DNA of 64,000 bases from Gloeobacterales cyanobacterium. GTDB taxonomy: Bacteria; Cyanobacteriota; Cyanobacteriia; Gloeobacterales; PMM-0068. The notes under the pieces were generated by a model. That model saw only the letters and a program-made list of their open reading frames with translations. It ran no database searches and was not told the DNA's origin. Made by a program: the position numbers and the translations under genes. The stretch spans positions 1 through 64,000 of the forward strand of contig JBBRSB010000015.1 of assembly GCA_038245785.1 (NCBI GenBank), in the 5' to 3' direction. Shown one piece after another: positions 12,506-22,435 of this stretch (the stretch's first letter is position 1; each line of letters opens with the position of its first letter).

Positions 12506-13075
12506 TTAGCGCAGCGTAGTGCGCAATTCTGTCCATTGGTCGGCCACGGAAGAAATCCCAGCAGGCATTTGAGGGCCGGTGAGGACTACATCTACATAGG
12601 AAGGGCGTTCCTTGAGCAGCTGGAGGACCTCTTCTTCAGGAATGAAGCCATAATTGATGGCTAAACTCAGCTCATCAAGGATGACCAAAGCGTAACGGCC
12701 TTCAAGGAGCTGGCGTTTGGTGTATTCCCAAACTTCTTGGATGGCTTCTCTTTCCTGAGGCTCCACTTGGTCCGTATCGATACAACGCTCGATAGCACAG
12801 CGGACCCACTTAAAGTTTTGGCACATCTGGGTTGGATTATTCGGGCCTTGATTAATCCCCCCCTTGAGGAACTGAACGATTAAGGTAGGCGTACCCTGGC
12901 CTGCTAGACGCATAGCTTGAGACACTACCGAGGTGCAAAACCCCCGGTAAGGAGCGGTAAAAACTTGCACCATCCCTTCTAACGCTGGAGCACCCAGCGA
13001 GCCTCCCAAACCCGGATTAATTCCGCAACCTGGTGGAGGACTAAGAGTAGGAGCAATATCTAATTGAGCGACCAT
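12506..13075 (-). CDS. CobA/CobO/BtuR-like cob(I)alamin adenosyltransferase family P-loop protein
   Basis: IVQFLKGG, LVILDEL, DVVLTG motifs; cyanobacterial MVAQL.. paralog. Confidence 0.85.
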   Translation of the reverse strand: MVAQLDIAPTLSPPPGCGINPGLGGSLGAPALEGMVQVFTAPYRGFCTSVVSQAMRLAGQGTPTLIVQFLKGGINQGPNNPTQMCQNFKWVRCAIERCIDTDQVEPQEREAIQEVWEYTKRQLLEGRYALVILDELSLAINYGFIPEEEVLQLLKERPSYVDVVLTGPQMPAGISSVADQWTELRTTLR

Positions 13076-13169
13076 GAATACCCCTATATAAAACCGACCA
13101 GTAGAGATGAATGGACTACAGAAGTTGACTCTCTTTCTGAAGTTTGATCCCCTCTGTGGTACCTATCAA

Positions 13170-13217
13170 ACACTAGATAGGAGGGTCCGTCAAGACACTA
13201 AACTCTACAAATAGCGC
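13170..13217. promoter_or_regulatory. Possible tandem NrdR boxes
   Basis: ACTCTACAAATAGCGC (13202-13217) fits acaCwAtATaTwGtgt; a weaker ACACTAGATA... copy starts 32 bp upstream. Confidence 0.4.
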
Positions 13218-13273
13218 ATGAGCAGATTTACTTAATTATAGCTTATCTATAAATAATCGGTGAACAAATGTCC

Positions 13274-14782
13274 TCATTTAGGGATAGATTGAATGGCTGC
13301 ACTTAGCTCTTGGAGGGCAATTGGGTTCGGATCAGAGCTGGGCAGATCTGCCACAACTAGGTATCCCTGAAGTTCTAAAGGAGCAGGAGGCGGTGAAGCC
13401 GTGGTCGTGGTCATGGGTGCCCCTGTTGGTGCAGTCTCTAATGCAGGCGTAGGCTCTGTAGGAGCAGGTGTCGGAGGCATCACACTAGTTCCAGGCGGTT
13501 GGACTGGAGCACTAACTGGGACGATAGGGGGTTGTGGCTGAGCCCTTGTGAATGCTTCAAGAATCTTAGGCATATCGGCTTCCACCAGATTGCCAGCGGT
13601 GTCATAGCGCTCTAAAGCAGAAAGACAACCAATGCTGGGATTCCAGGGATAGCTTTGAGCGGTAGAAGCGAGGCTGGTCTTATCGCCATAGAACAGCTCT
13701 GGGTCTTCTCCGGTGCCATGAATGCGGACTAAACTGCGGCCAATTTTTCCCGCCCAGTAGCTTTGGGCCATCGGTGGATAGGAGCGCCAAGTGGCAGGCA
13801 ACAGTTGGCGATAGTCATCTAGGCTTCCGAAGAAAGGACCAGGACGGTTGGGCAAAAAGCTTTTCACTTCGCTCTCAAACGGCATAAAGAGTTTGAAGCG
13901 TGGGAACTGTCCAAAGGCGCGGAAGGTATCAGGTGTGGGGGCTAGCGTTCCTTCTATTCGGAAAACACCCTGAGGCGTATTTCCCGCCTGCATATTCCAG
14001 CGGAGATTGTGCAAAGAACGAGCCAATAGAGACACGGACCAAGGCTGACTGCCGGATTGCAAGAACTGTCCTTTACTGTCCTTTATCAGGACCCGACAAA
14101 GCACTTTACGATCAGGGCGGCAGAGAACATAGATCGTCGGCACGCCAGAGACCGGGGTTAAGGAAAGCAAATCTGGCAGAGGCGGATAGCTCTTCGAAGC
14201 AGGATTGAGGTGCCAATCCAGGTCATCCAAGGTGGTTTTCATCCGTTCTTGAAGTATCCATAGAGGAAATCGCTTCTTCGTAGAAGCGACTAGAGTGGCT
14301 AACTGGTCTTGGACGGTCGGCATCGCTTCCAAACCCGTGAGGGCAAGCGCGGTCAAATTAATGTCATCACTGAAACGGGCTACTCCAAGAAGCTTCTCTG
14401 GAATGGCGGCATAGGGACCAGGACGGTCACTATAGAGTTGGATGGCGAGCTTGACTCCCATCGCCACAATCTTCTGCTGACCCGCACTCAAGGCTGGTTG
14501 ACTGGCCTTATCTAAAATCCCCGCCAAGCCCTGAGCGACAAAAGGATTCTGGGGATTGGTAATCGCCGTTGACCAAAGTACCGTCCGCCAATGTTTTTCT
14601 TGGGCATCTTCCACCGGATGCAGGGCGAGATCGAAAAAGTCGGGCCTGATGCTACTCAAGGCATTCTGACGATTGCTTTGGCGTTGAGTGCTAGTAGCCT
14701 GAGACTGCCCCGCTATGGCAGGGCCTATGGTCCCCAGCGGCAGCATCAAGCAACTAAACATAAGTGTCCATAGGCGTTTCAT
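13274..14782 (-). CDS. Secreted protein with L,D-transpeptidase (YkuD)-like C-terminal domain and Pro/Thr-rich insert
   Basis: Signal peptide MKRLWTLMFSCLML..; GNTPQGVFRI, RIHG and SIGCL motifs. Confidence 0.65.
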   Translation of the reverse strand: MKRLWTLMFSCLMLPLGTIGPAIAGQSQATSTQRQSNRQNALSSIRPDFFDLALHPVEDAQEKHWRTVLWSTAITNPQNPFVAQGLAGILDKASQPALSAGQQKIVAMGVKLAIQLYSDRPGPYAAIPEKLLGVARFSDDINLTALALTGLEAMPTVQDQLATLVASTKKRFPLWILQERMKTTLDDLDWHLNPASKSYPPLPDLLSLTPVSGVPTIYVLCRPDRKVLCRVLIKDSKGQFLQSGSQPWSVSLLARSLHNLRWNMQAGNTPQGVFRIEGTLAPTPDTFRAFGQFPRFKLFMPFESEVKSFLPNRPGPFFGSLDDYRQLLPATWRSYPPMAQSYWAGKIGRSLVRIHGTGEDPELFYGDKTSLASTAQSYPWNPSIGCLSALERYDTAGNLVEADMPKILEAFTRAQPQPPIVPVSAPVQPPGTSVMPPTPAPTEPTPALETAPTGAPMTTTTASPPPAPLELQGYLVVADLPSSDPNPIALQELSAAIQSIPK

Positions 14783-14921
14783 CGTCTGATTTCTCCTTGT
14801 AGCAGAAAGAGCTATATCTACGCTCCCCAGTGAAACTATAGGCGGTCGAGCCTCGTTTTTCCCATAGGTTAAGGGCAATTTTCTGGTAGCTTAGTTAGAA
14901 CTTAGAATTCCGAGAAGCGCT

Positions 14922-16085
14922 GTGGATATTGAACTTGGACGCAACCGAAAAGTGCGCAGAGCCTACGGCTTTGATGAAATTGCTTTGGTGCCGGGGCGTG
15001 GGACTCTAGATCCTCAGATGGCTAATACCCACTGGACGATTGGCGGAATCCCACGGGAAATCCCTATTCTTGCCAGTGCTATGGATGGGGTTGTAGATGT
15101 AAAGATGGCTGTGGCCCTCTCTAAACTGGGCGCTATTGGCGTATTGAATCTGCAGGGTGTGCAAACCCGCTACGAAAATCCCGATGCCGTCTTGGACCAA
15201 ATAGCCTCTGTCGGTAGAGACGAATTCGTAGCCTTGATGCAGAAGGTCTATGCCGAACCCGTGAAGATAGAACTGATTCACAAGCGTATTCAAGAAATTA
15301 AAAGCCAAGGGGGCATTGCCGCTGTCAGCGCCACTCCTCAAGTGGCCGAGAGCTATGGCAAAGCAGCTACTGAAGCAGGAGCAGATTTATTCTTCCTGCA
15401 ATCGACGGTAGTTTCTACTACGCACCTTGCGGCTGAAGGCTTGGAAGCCCTCGATTTGCAGCGGTTTATCGAGTCTATGTCTATCCCTGTAATTGTCGGC
15501 AATTGCGTCACCTACGATGTCACTTTAGAACTGCTCAAGGCCGGGGCTCAGGGGATCATGGTTGGAATTGGTCCAGGCGCCGCTTGTACTTCTCGTGGCG
15601 TTTTGGGTATTGGTGTTCCTCAAGCGACTGCCGTCGCTGATTGTGCTGCTGCCCGCGATGACTATTACGCCCAGACTCAAAAATATATCCCGATCATTGC
15701 CGATGGCGGCATTGTGACGGGTGGCGATATCTGTAAGTGCATCGCCTGTGGGGCCGATGGTGTGATGATCGGTTCTCCAATTGCTCGGGCCGCTGAAGCT
15801 CCCGGTCGCGGATTCCACTGGGGAATGGCGACCCCTAGTCCTGTTCTGCCTCGGGGTACCCGCATCAAAGTCGGCACCACTGGCACCATTGAAACGATTA
15901 TGCGCGGACCTGCTTCTCTAGACGATGGCACCCACAATCTCTTGGGCTGCCTGCAAACTTCTATGGGGACCTTAGGAGCCAAAAATCTCAAGGAAATGCA
16001 GCAGGTAGAAGTAGTCATTGCTCCTTCCCTACTGACGGAAGGGAAGGTCTATCAAAAAGCCCAGCAGCTAGGAATGGGCAAGTAG
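14922..16085 (+). CDS. guaB: GuaB3-family IMP dehydrogenase
   Basis: RAYGFDEIALVP, GIGPGAACTSR, IIADGG, HWGMATP. Confidence 0.93.
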   Translation: MDIELGRNRKVRRAYGFDEIALVPGRGTLDPQMANTHWTIGGIPREIPILASAMDGVVDVKMAVALSKLGAIGVLNLQGVQTRYENPDAVLDQIASVGRDEFVALMQKVYAEPVKIELIHKRIQEIKSQGGIAAVSATPQVAESYGKAATEAGADLFFLQSTVVSTTHLAAEGLEALDLQRFIESMSIPVIVGNCVTYDVTLELLKAGAQGIMVGIGPGAACTSRGVLGIGVPQATAVADCAAARDDYYAQTQKYIPIIADGGIVTGGDICKCIACGADGVMIGSPIARAAEAPGRGFHWGMATPSPVLPRGTRIKVGTTGTIETIMRGPASLDDGTHNLLGCLQTSMGTLGAKNLKEMQQVEVVIAPSLLTEGKVYQKAQQLGMGK

Positions 16086-16122
16086 CCCTCACCCCCGGCC
16101 CCTCTCCCACAGGAGAGGGGAG
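16086..16122. repeat. Intergenic hairpin repeat CCCCTCTCC-caca-GGAGAGGGG
   Basis: 9-bp stem directly after the guaB stop; common dispersed cyanobacterial repeat type. Confidence 0.7.
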
Positions 16123-16138
16123 TGTTTCAATAGAGGGA

Positions 16139-16465
16139 TTGACTGTGAAAACCTATTATTTTGTAGCAGCCAGTGAGAAATTTTTGCTCGAAGAGGAACC
16201 GCTAGATGAAGTGCTCTCCGAACGGACCCGTAATTATTTAAACCAAGGGAAAGAGATTGATTTTCAACTGGTGCGTAACCCTCAGTTTTTGCAGTTAGCC
16301 AGCTTGCAATCTATCACGCAAAAAGTTCCCAAGCCTTCTGCTGCTGTGATTTCCACGGATCCTGTTTTTATCCGTTGGCTGAAAATGCGTTTGGAATATG
16401 TTGCAAGTGGATCTTTTGAAGCACCTACCCCTGAATTAGAAGATCCACTTGCTTCTTTATCTTAA
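16139..16465 (+). CDS. ycf54: Ycf54, MgPME-cyclase complex protein
   Basis: TYYFVAASEKFLLEEEPLDEVLSER...WLKMRLEYV. Confidence 0.95.
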   Translation: MTVKTYYFVAASEKFLLEEEPLDEVLSERTRNYLNQGKEIDFQLVRNPQFLQLASLQSITQKVPKPSAAVISTDPVFIRWLKMRLEYVASGSFEAPTPELEDPLASLS

Positions 16466-16558
16466 GCGGTACAATTCTTGCAGACTGAAGCTGATTAAGA
16501 TGCTATATCTCTAATAGCTAGTCTAAGAGTGCGTTATTCGGACTTAGGTAAGGGAAAA

Positions 16559-17194
16559 ATGCGTATTCCGATGTCCAGTTATGGGGGCCAACCACAGCAA
16601 GCGGATCATATTGCTGAAATCATTGAGACAACTACCACAGAATTTCTGGCTCAATGTCTAGACCCACCTACTTTAGAATTTTCTAAAGCTCCTGCTTTTG
16701 GATCGTTAGTCAAAGCTCGAGATGATGAAAATGATGTAGATGTCTATGCGGTTGTTTACTTTGCAACAACGAGTCCTATTGATTCTGTCCATCGAGCACG
16801 GGCGATTGGACTTTCCTTGCAGCAACTCCGAGAAGAGCAGCCCCAGGTTTTTGAAATGCTCAAAACTGAATTCAGAGCAGCGATTGTAGGCTATCGCGAT
16901 AAACGCCAAACCCACCAATATTTACCGCCGCAGCCTCCTTCTATCCATCAATCCATTCATCGTTGTACGAAACAGGAAATTGCTCGCTTTAGCAAAGATT
17001 TGCGTTTCTTAAGAACCCTATTCCAACTTTCCGGCGCTCCCTCCGATGAACTGGTAGGAGCCACGATTCGCGCTTGCTATGAAGCCCATAGTCGTTCCCG
17101 TGAGTGGCTGGTGGAAGCAGGCCGCGAGATTAGTTTATTGCTCAAAGATGACTACGACCGCCTGGGAGCTCTACTCCAGAGAATTAGGCCGTAA
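16559..17194 (+). CDS. HAS-barrel domain protein
   Basis: HIAEIIETTTTEFLAQC, PIDSVHRARA, LLKDDYDRL, a conserved cyanobacterial family. Confidence 0.8.
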   Translation: MRIPMSSYGGQPQQADHIAEIIETTTTEFLAQCLDPPTLEFSKAPAFGSLVKARDDENDVDVYAVVYFATTSPIDSVHRARAIGLSLQQLREEQPQVFEMLKTEFRAAIVGYRDKRQTHQYLPPQPPSIHQSIHRCTKQEIARFSKDLRFLRTLFQLSGAPSDELVGATIRACYEAHSRSREWLVEAGREISLLLKDDYDRLGALLQRIRP

Positions 17195-17197
17195 TGC

Positions 17198-17836
17198 TCA
17201 TGCTGATGGCTTGCCTGTAATCAGATAAATCAGATTATTAATCAGTCGCTCTCGTTCCATGGGTAGAATATCACCGCCATGCAGCATTTCCTGGACAATC
17301 ATGTAGTGAACGAGAGAACCAATAAAAATTCGCGCTGTTGCTTCTGGATCCAGTAACTTGAGTTCTTCTGAACAGGCGGTGAAGTATTGGCAAAGAAACT
17401 GGAAAGCTGAAGCTTCGATATTGCGCACGAAAGTACGAGCTAATTCAGGGAAACGGCCTGACTCACCAATAATTAAGCGCATAAAGTTAATAAACTGCGG
17501 ATCGCCCATGCCTGTGCTCAACACATTGGTCGCCAGTTGTCGCAGAACGATGTGCGGGTCGCCTTGTAAGACCTGAGTTTCTGGATGTGGAGAGCCTAAG
17601 ATTGCCTGAAATTTTTTTTGCACCAGTTGATGAATCAGAGCATTGAACAGACCTTCTTTGTCTTGAAAGTGATTGTAGACCGTTGCTTTAGAAACACCAG
17701 CAGCAGCGGCAACCTTGTCCATCGTGGTGGCCGCGTAGCCATTGGTCAAGAATTCTTGCATGGCACCTTCCAGGATAGCTGCGGCTTTCTCTGGCGATAA
17801 CTCACGCTCTGAACTTTTAGCCTTGGTCTGTTTCAT
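17198..17836 (-). CDS. TetR/AcrR family regulator
   Basis: TTMDKVAAAAGVSKATVYNHFQDKEGLF HTH; divergent from devBCA. Confidence 0.95.
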   Translation of the reverse strand: MKQTKAKSSERELSPEKAAAILEGAMQEFLTNGYAATTMDKVAAAAGVSKATVYNHFQDKEGLFNALIHQLVQKKFQAILGSPHPETQVLQGDPHIVLRQLATNVLSTGMGDPQFINFMRLIIGESGRFPELARTFVRNIEASAFQFLCQYFTACSEELKLLDPEATARIFIGSLVHYMIVQEMLHGGDILPMERERLINNLIYLITGKPSA

Positions 17837-17888
17837 ATTTCGTTTTTTCTTACAGTAGTGCATACATTGCCTATTTCAAGAATACCTC

Positions 17889-17949
17889 TTGACTAACTAA
17901 ACCAAACCGTCTAGTTTGATTGTGGAAAGACCAGACTAAACAGTTTAGT
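17889..17949. promoter_or_regulatory. Divergent promoter with two TetR-type operators
   Basis: Perfect ACTAAAC-a-GTTTAGT (17935-17949) and degenerate ACCAAAC-c-GTCTAGT (17901-17915) just downstream of TTGACT. Confidence 0.7.
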
Positions 17950-17976
17950 TTTAATTCTTGATCTGGGAGGTTACCA

Positions 17977-19167
17977 ATGCTGCACGATGCTATGGCTAGC
18001 GGGTCCTCGTTCAAAACGTGCAGTCGTCTCTGGGGCACTTTGGCTGTTGTCATAATGCTCAGTGGCGTGGGCGCTTATATCCTCTGGAAACTTCAACCTT
18101 CTCAATCCGTCCAGGCTCCAACCACAGAAGTTAGCCTACCGGAAATCAAAACGGTGACAGCGTTGGGGCGCTTAGAGCCGAAAGGGACCGTGATTAAACT
18201 CTCCGCCCCCACGGCAAACAGTGGCAATCGAGTTGACAAAATGCTTGTCCAAGAGAACGCGCGGGTTAAGGCAGGGCAGTTAATTGCTCTTTTAGACAAT
18301 CACGACCAGCTCCAGGCCGCTTTGGAAAAGGCAAAAGAAGATGTGCACGTGGCGCGGACAAAGCTTGCTATTACGCAAGCTGGAGCCAAAAGCGGTGAAA
18401 TAGAAGCACAAAGAGCGGAAATTGCCCGTTTGGAGGCTGAACGACGGGGTGATGTTGTTGAAAAAGCGTCAACTATTGGCCGACTAGAAGCGCAGCTGCG
18501 CAATGCTGAAGCAGAGTACAAACGTTATCAAGCTCTATATCAACAAGGCGCGATCTCAGCCTCTGAACAAGACAGCAAACGTTTAACCTTAGAGACTGCA
18601 AAAAAGAGTCTGCAAGAGTCTCAGGCGCAGCTAAATCGCACCCAGTCCACCCGTCCGCCAGAACTGAGCAAAGCCAGGGCAACTTTATCCAAGATTGCAG
18701 AAGTGCGTTCCGTCGATGTGGAGGCTGACCGAGCAGCGGTCAATCAGGCCATCGCTGCTATGAAGCAGGCGCAGGCGGAGTTCAAACAAGCTGAAGTCCG
18801 CTCACCCATGGATGGTGAAGTTCTCTATATCCACACCTATTCTGGGGAAGTGATATCCAGCGATGGCATCGTTGAGATTGGACAAACCAAGCGCATGCAG
18901 GCTGTCGCAGAAGTTTACCAAAGTGACATCAGTAAAGTTCATCCAGGCCAAAAGGTACGGGTGACGAGCGACTCTATCCCCGACACCTTGCGTGGAACAG
19001 TGGAACGGGTTGGTTCGCAAATACGACGCCAGACGATTATCAACACAGATCCCAGTACTAACATTGATTCAAGGGTTGTTGAAGTCCATGTCGCTCTGGA
19101 TAATGCATCTAGCCAGAAAGCTGCAAAGTTTACCAATTTGCAAGTCACTGTGGGGATTGAACTGTGA
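17977..19167 (+). CDS. devB: DevB-family ABC exporter membrane fusion protein
   Basis: VTALGRLEP, AEVYQSDI, TNLQV. Confidence 0.9.
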   Translation: MLHDAMASGSSFKTCSRLWGTLAVVIMLSGVGAYILWKLQPSQSVQAPTTEVSLPEIKTVTALGRLEPKGTVIKLSAPTANSGNRVDKMLVQENARVKAGQLIALLDNHDQLQAALEKAKEDVHVARTKLAITQAGAKSGEIEAQRAEIARLEAERRGDVVEKASTIGRLEAQLRNAEAEYKRYQALYQQGAISASEQDSKRLTLETAKKSLQESQAQLNRTQSTRPPELSKARATLSKIAEVRSVDVEADRAAVNQAIAAMKQAQAEFKQAEVRSPMDGEVLYIHTYSGEVISSDGIVEIGQTKRMQAVAEVYQSDISKVHPGQKVRVTSDSIPDTLRGTVERVGSQIRRQTIINTDPSTNIDSRVVEVHVALDNASSQKAAKFTNLQVTVGIEL

Positions 19168-20348
19168 TTGGATTTATACAACAGCTTCAACAATTACAAC
19201 GGCGAACACCCCTTGGATGGCTGCAACTGAGTCATGAAAAAAGTCGTCTTTTGGTTGCATTAGCAGGAATTGCCTTTGCTGATGTGCTGATGTTCATGCA
19301 GCTTGGCTTTCAGGCTGCTCTCTACGACAGTAATACGCGCCTTAGCCGTGCGCTGGACACCGATCTCGTTCTGGTTAGTCCTCAAGCTCGTAATGCCCAG
19401 AATCTATCTACTTTTTCGCGACGACGACTGTATCAGGCGATAGATATCTTAGGGGTGAAGTCAGCACAACCCCTATACTCCAACACAATTATCTGGAAAA
19501 ATCCCCAAACACGTAAAGAAACAACGATTCAAGCAGTCGGGTTCAATCCTGATCATCCAGCTTTTGACTTGCCAGAAATGAACCAACAGTTGAGCAAAAT
19601 TAAGCTGCCAGATACTGTTCTCTTCGACCGAAAGTCCAGAGGAGAATATCAGGAAACGATCGCCCAAGTTGGACAAAACAAAAGCGTAACGACTGAAATT
19701 GAAAAGCGCACGATCACTATTGCTGGGCTGTTCACTTTAGGTGCTTCCTTTGGAGCGGACGGCACTTTGATGACCAGCGATCAGAATTTTTTGCTGCTCT
19801 TTCCTCGAAGAGAAGCCGCCAGCATCAGTTTGGGTTTGCTTTATCTTGAGCCAGGCTATAACCCAGCGCAGGTGATAATGGCTTTGAAGGCTCACCTCCC
19901 TGATGATGTGAAGGTGATGACCCACCAGAAATTTGTTCAGTTTGAGGAGGACTACTGGAGACGAGAAAGCCCAATTGGCTTCATTTTCAGTTTGGGTACG
20001 GCAATGGCCTTTGTGGTTGGCGTGGTAATCGTCTACCAAGTCCTTTCCACCGATGTGAATACCCATCTAAAAGAATATGCCACCTTCAAGGCAATGGGGT
20101 ATCACAACAGCTACTTGCTCGGTGTGGTGTTTGAAGAAGCCCTCATCCTTGCCTTTTTAGGCTTTATCCCCGGATTGATTTTGCCTTTGGGACTTTATCA
20201 ACTGGCTGCCAATGCGACTTCACTGCCTATCTATATGACCTCTGGGCGAGCAGCAACAGTACTGATTTTAACCATTGTTATGTGTTCTATTTCGGGGGTG
20301 ATCGCCACCCGCAAACTTCAATCTGCTGACCCTGCTGATATGTTTTAG
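19164..20348 (+). CDS. devC: DevC-family ABC exporter permease
   Basis: LLVALAGIAFADVLMFMQLGF, EYATFKAMGY, ADPADMF. Confidence 0.93.
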   Translation: MIGFIQQLQQLQRRTPLGWLQLSHEKSRLLVALAGIAFADVLMFMQLGFQAALYDSNTRLSRALDTDLVLVSPQARNAQNLSTFSRRRLYQAIDILGVKSAQPLYSNTIIWKNPQTRKETTIQAVGFNPDHPAFDLPEMNQQLSKIKLPDTVLFDRKSRGEYQETIAQVGQNKSVTTEIEKRTITIAGLFTLGASFGADGTLMTSDQNFLLLFPRREAASISLGLLYLEPGYNPAQVIMALKAHLPDDVKVMTHQKFVQFEEDYWRRESPIGFIFSLGTAMAFVVGVVIVYQVLSTDVNTHLKEYATFKAMGYHNSYLLGVVFEEALILAFLGFIPGLILPLGLYQLAANATSLPIYMTSGRAATVLILTIVMCSISGVIATRKLQSADPADMF

Positions 20349-20357
20349 GTCTAAATC

Positions 20358-21071
20358 ATGTCTAAGTCTTATTCATCTCAATCGGTTATCTCCATTCACG
20401 ACCTCAACTATTCCTTTGGTCAGGGTCAACTCAGTAAGCAAGTTCTGTTTGATATTAACTTAGAAATTAATACGGGTGAGATTGTGCTGATGACCGGGCC
20501 TTCAGGCTCCGGTAAAACGACGCTGCTTACACTTGTTGGTGGATTACGTTCTGCCCAGTCTGGCACTCTTCATGTGTTAGGAAAAGAACTCCATGGAGCC
20601 AGACCAACGGAATTAACTTTGGCGCGACGCCAGAATGGCTATATTTTCCAGTCTCATAATCTGCATGCTAGCCTAACAGCCTTGCAAAACGTCAGGATGG
20701 GATTGGAATTGCACAAGGATTTATCAGTAGAAGAAATGCAGCAGCGTTCGGCACAAATACTAGAGCATGTTGGCCTGAGAGAACATCTAAACTACTATCC
20801 AGATAATCTGTCCGGAGGACAAAAGCAACGGGTAGCGATCGCCCGTGCCTTGGTAAGCCGTCCCAAAATTGTGCTTGCCGACGAACCGACTGCAGCCCTG
20901 GATAAACAGTCAGGACGAGATGTTGTAAATCTTATGCAGACCCTGGCTAGGGAACAAGGCTGTACGATTTTGCTCGTTACCCACGACAATCGCATCTTAG
21001 ATATTGCAGACCGCATTGTACATATGGAAGATGGGAAATTGGCTAATGATTCTATGACAGTCAGGGCATAA
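20358..21071 (+). CDS. devA: DevA-family ABC ATP-binding protein
   Basis: GPSGSGKTT, LSGGQKQR, ADEPTAALD, VTHDNRILD. Confidence 0.93.
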   Translation: MSKSYSSQSVISIHDLNYSFGQGQLSKQVLFDINLEINTGEIVLMTGPSGSGKTTLLTLVGGLRSAQSGTLHVLGKELHGARPTELTLARRQNGYIFQSHNLHASLTALQNVRMGLELHKDLSVEEMQQRSAQILEHVGLREHLNYYPDNLSGGQKQRVAIARALVSRPKIVLADEPTAALDKQSGRDVVNLMQTLAREQGCTILLVTHDNRILDIADRIVHMEDGKLANDSMTVRA

Positions 21072-21229
21072 AACTATCCTGGAGATAGCAATTTATCTTA
21101 AAGTCTAAGCCTTGGAAGAATAAACTCTATCTATTGCAAAAATCCTGAAATTCAACACTTTTACCTCAAGACTAATAGCGTGATGGTTGGTGCTCTGTTA
21201 CTTTGACATCTATAGGCGCATCAATACCC

Positions 21230-22303
21230 TTATGTCCAGTAAAGTATCTGGGCTGCAGGATAACGTCGTTGAATCTCGCTTTTAAAAAAGTGACGTAACT
21301 CTTTCATAGTGCTGGAATCATAAACGTACTTTATCCCACCAAATTTGTTGCGCTTAAGACTGCGCTTCTCCTCATCCATATCCAGCTTCGATTGTGGATA
21401 CCATGTTTGCAAGACTTCTTTTGAGCCTGGAGTAAAGCGGTGGGTAATTAACTCAAAAGTGAGGTCACAGTTAAAATCGAGTGCTTCCGTAATTGAGTCA
21501 AGCAAGTGTGTGTAATGTTCCCGCCAGTTATCCATTGCCATAATCGGCGCAATCACCAAGCCGACAGGGTAGCCACCTCCCCCTTGGTTGCGTGGTAATG
21601 CTAAACGCCGCAATGCCTGTAATCGCGCTTTTACGGATGCCGTCCCACCTTCAAATTTCCCGGAAACAGGTGCTGCATTTACACTCATACGACAGCGTGT
21701 ATGGCCGTTGTGTGGCAAATCGAGTAGATTGTCTACCGCATCAAATTTAGATACCCAACGCAAATACGCGTGCGGACGCATGCCAAAATAGCGAATGCAT
21801 TCAGCAAGGCTACCTGTAAGATGTTCGATGCCCAAAGGATCGGTATAACAACTGACCTCAAAAGACGTGCAGCTATCACCCTCATAAGCTGCTAGATTTT
21901 CTAGAATTTGCGGTAAGTTAGCAAAAACGCGGATGATCGGTGGGCCTGACAAGCTACCTGCTAAATAACAATATTGACAATGGGCTGGACAACCTTCAGC
22001 TAAATGAAATTGCCAATCAGCAGATGGAGGAATCGGACTTAGTTTAAACGAACTTGGCGGCGCCGTAACAACTGCTAAAGTGCGCTTGCTCGTATTGTAT
22101 GTATCGCGCTCGTTTTCACCTCGAAGACCCGTGATACGGTTGTGTGGCAACTCTTCAATCGGCAAATTCAGAAACTGAGCGTGGGCTAACATCCGCTGAC
22201 CATAGGGTTCGGCTAAAGCGGCTGGAGTAAACAAAACACGCTCGGGTAACCACAGACGAGCAGACGGTGCTTCTAATTTCAAAGGCAGAAGACTTGTCAT
22301 CAT
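21230..22303 (-). CDS. Spore photoproduct lyase-family radical SAM protein
   Basis: GCPAHCQYCYL (CxxxCxxC), SCYTDPLGIEHLTG, ELITHRFTP, KYVY. Confidence 0.9.
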   Translation of the reverse strand: MMTSLLPLKLEAPSARLWLPERVLFTPAALAEPYGQRMLAHAQFLNLPIEELPHNRITGLRGENERDTYNTSKRTLAVVTAPPSSFKLSPIPPSADWQFHLAEGCPAHCQYCYLAGSLSGPPIIRVFANLPQILENLAAYEGDSCTSFEVSCYTDPLGIEHLTGSLAECIRYFGMRPHAYLRWVSKFDAVDNLLDLPHNGHTRCRMSVNAAPVSGKFEGGTASVKARLQALRRLALPRNQGGGGYPVGLVIAPIMAMDNWREHYTHLLDSITEALDFNCDLTFELITHRFTPGSKEVLQTWYPQSKLDMDEEKRSLKRNKFGGIKYVYDSSTMKELRHFFKSEIQRRYPAAQILYWT

Positions 22304-22435
22304 AAAGCTCAAAGTACTTTGTATACTTCTAGTCTAGCTCTTATACCGTTAATCAACAGGGTAAGGATTGATTGATGTTGAGACAGTAATGAGCGCGTGC
22401 TGTTAGAAAAAAGTTGCTTTTTTGGCAAGGATATC

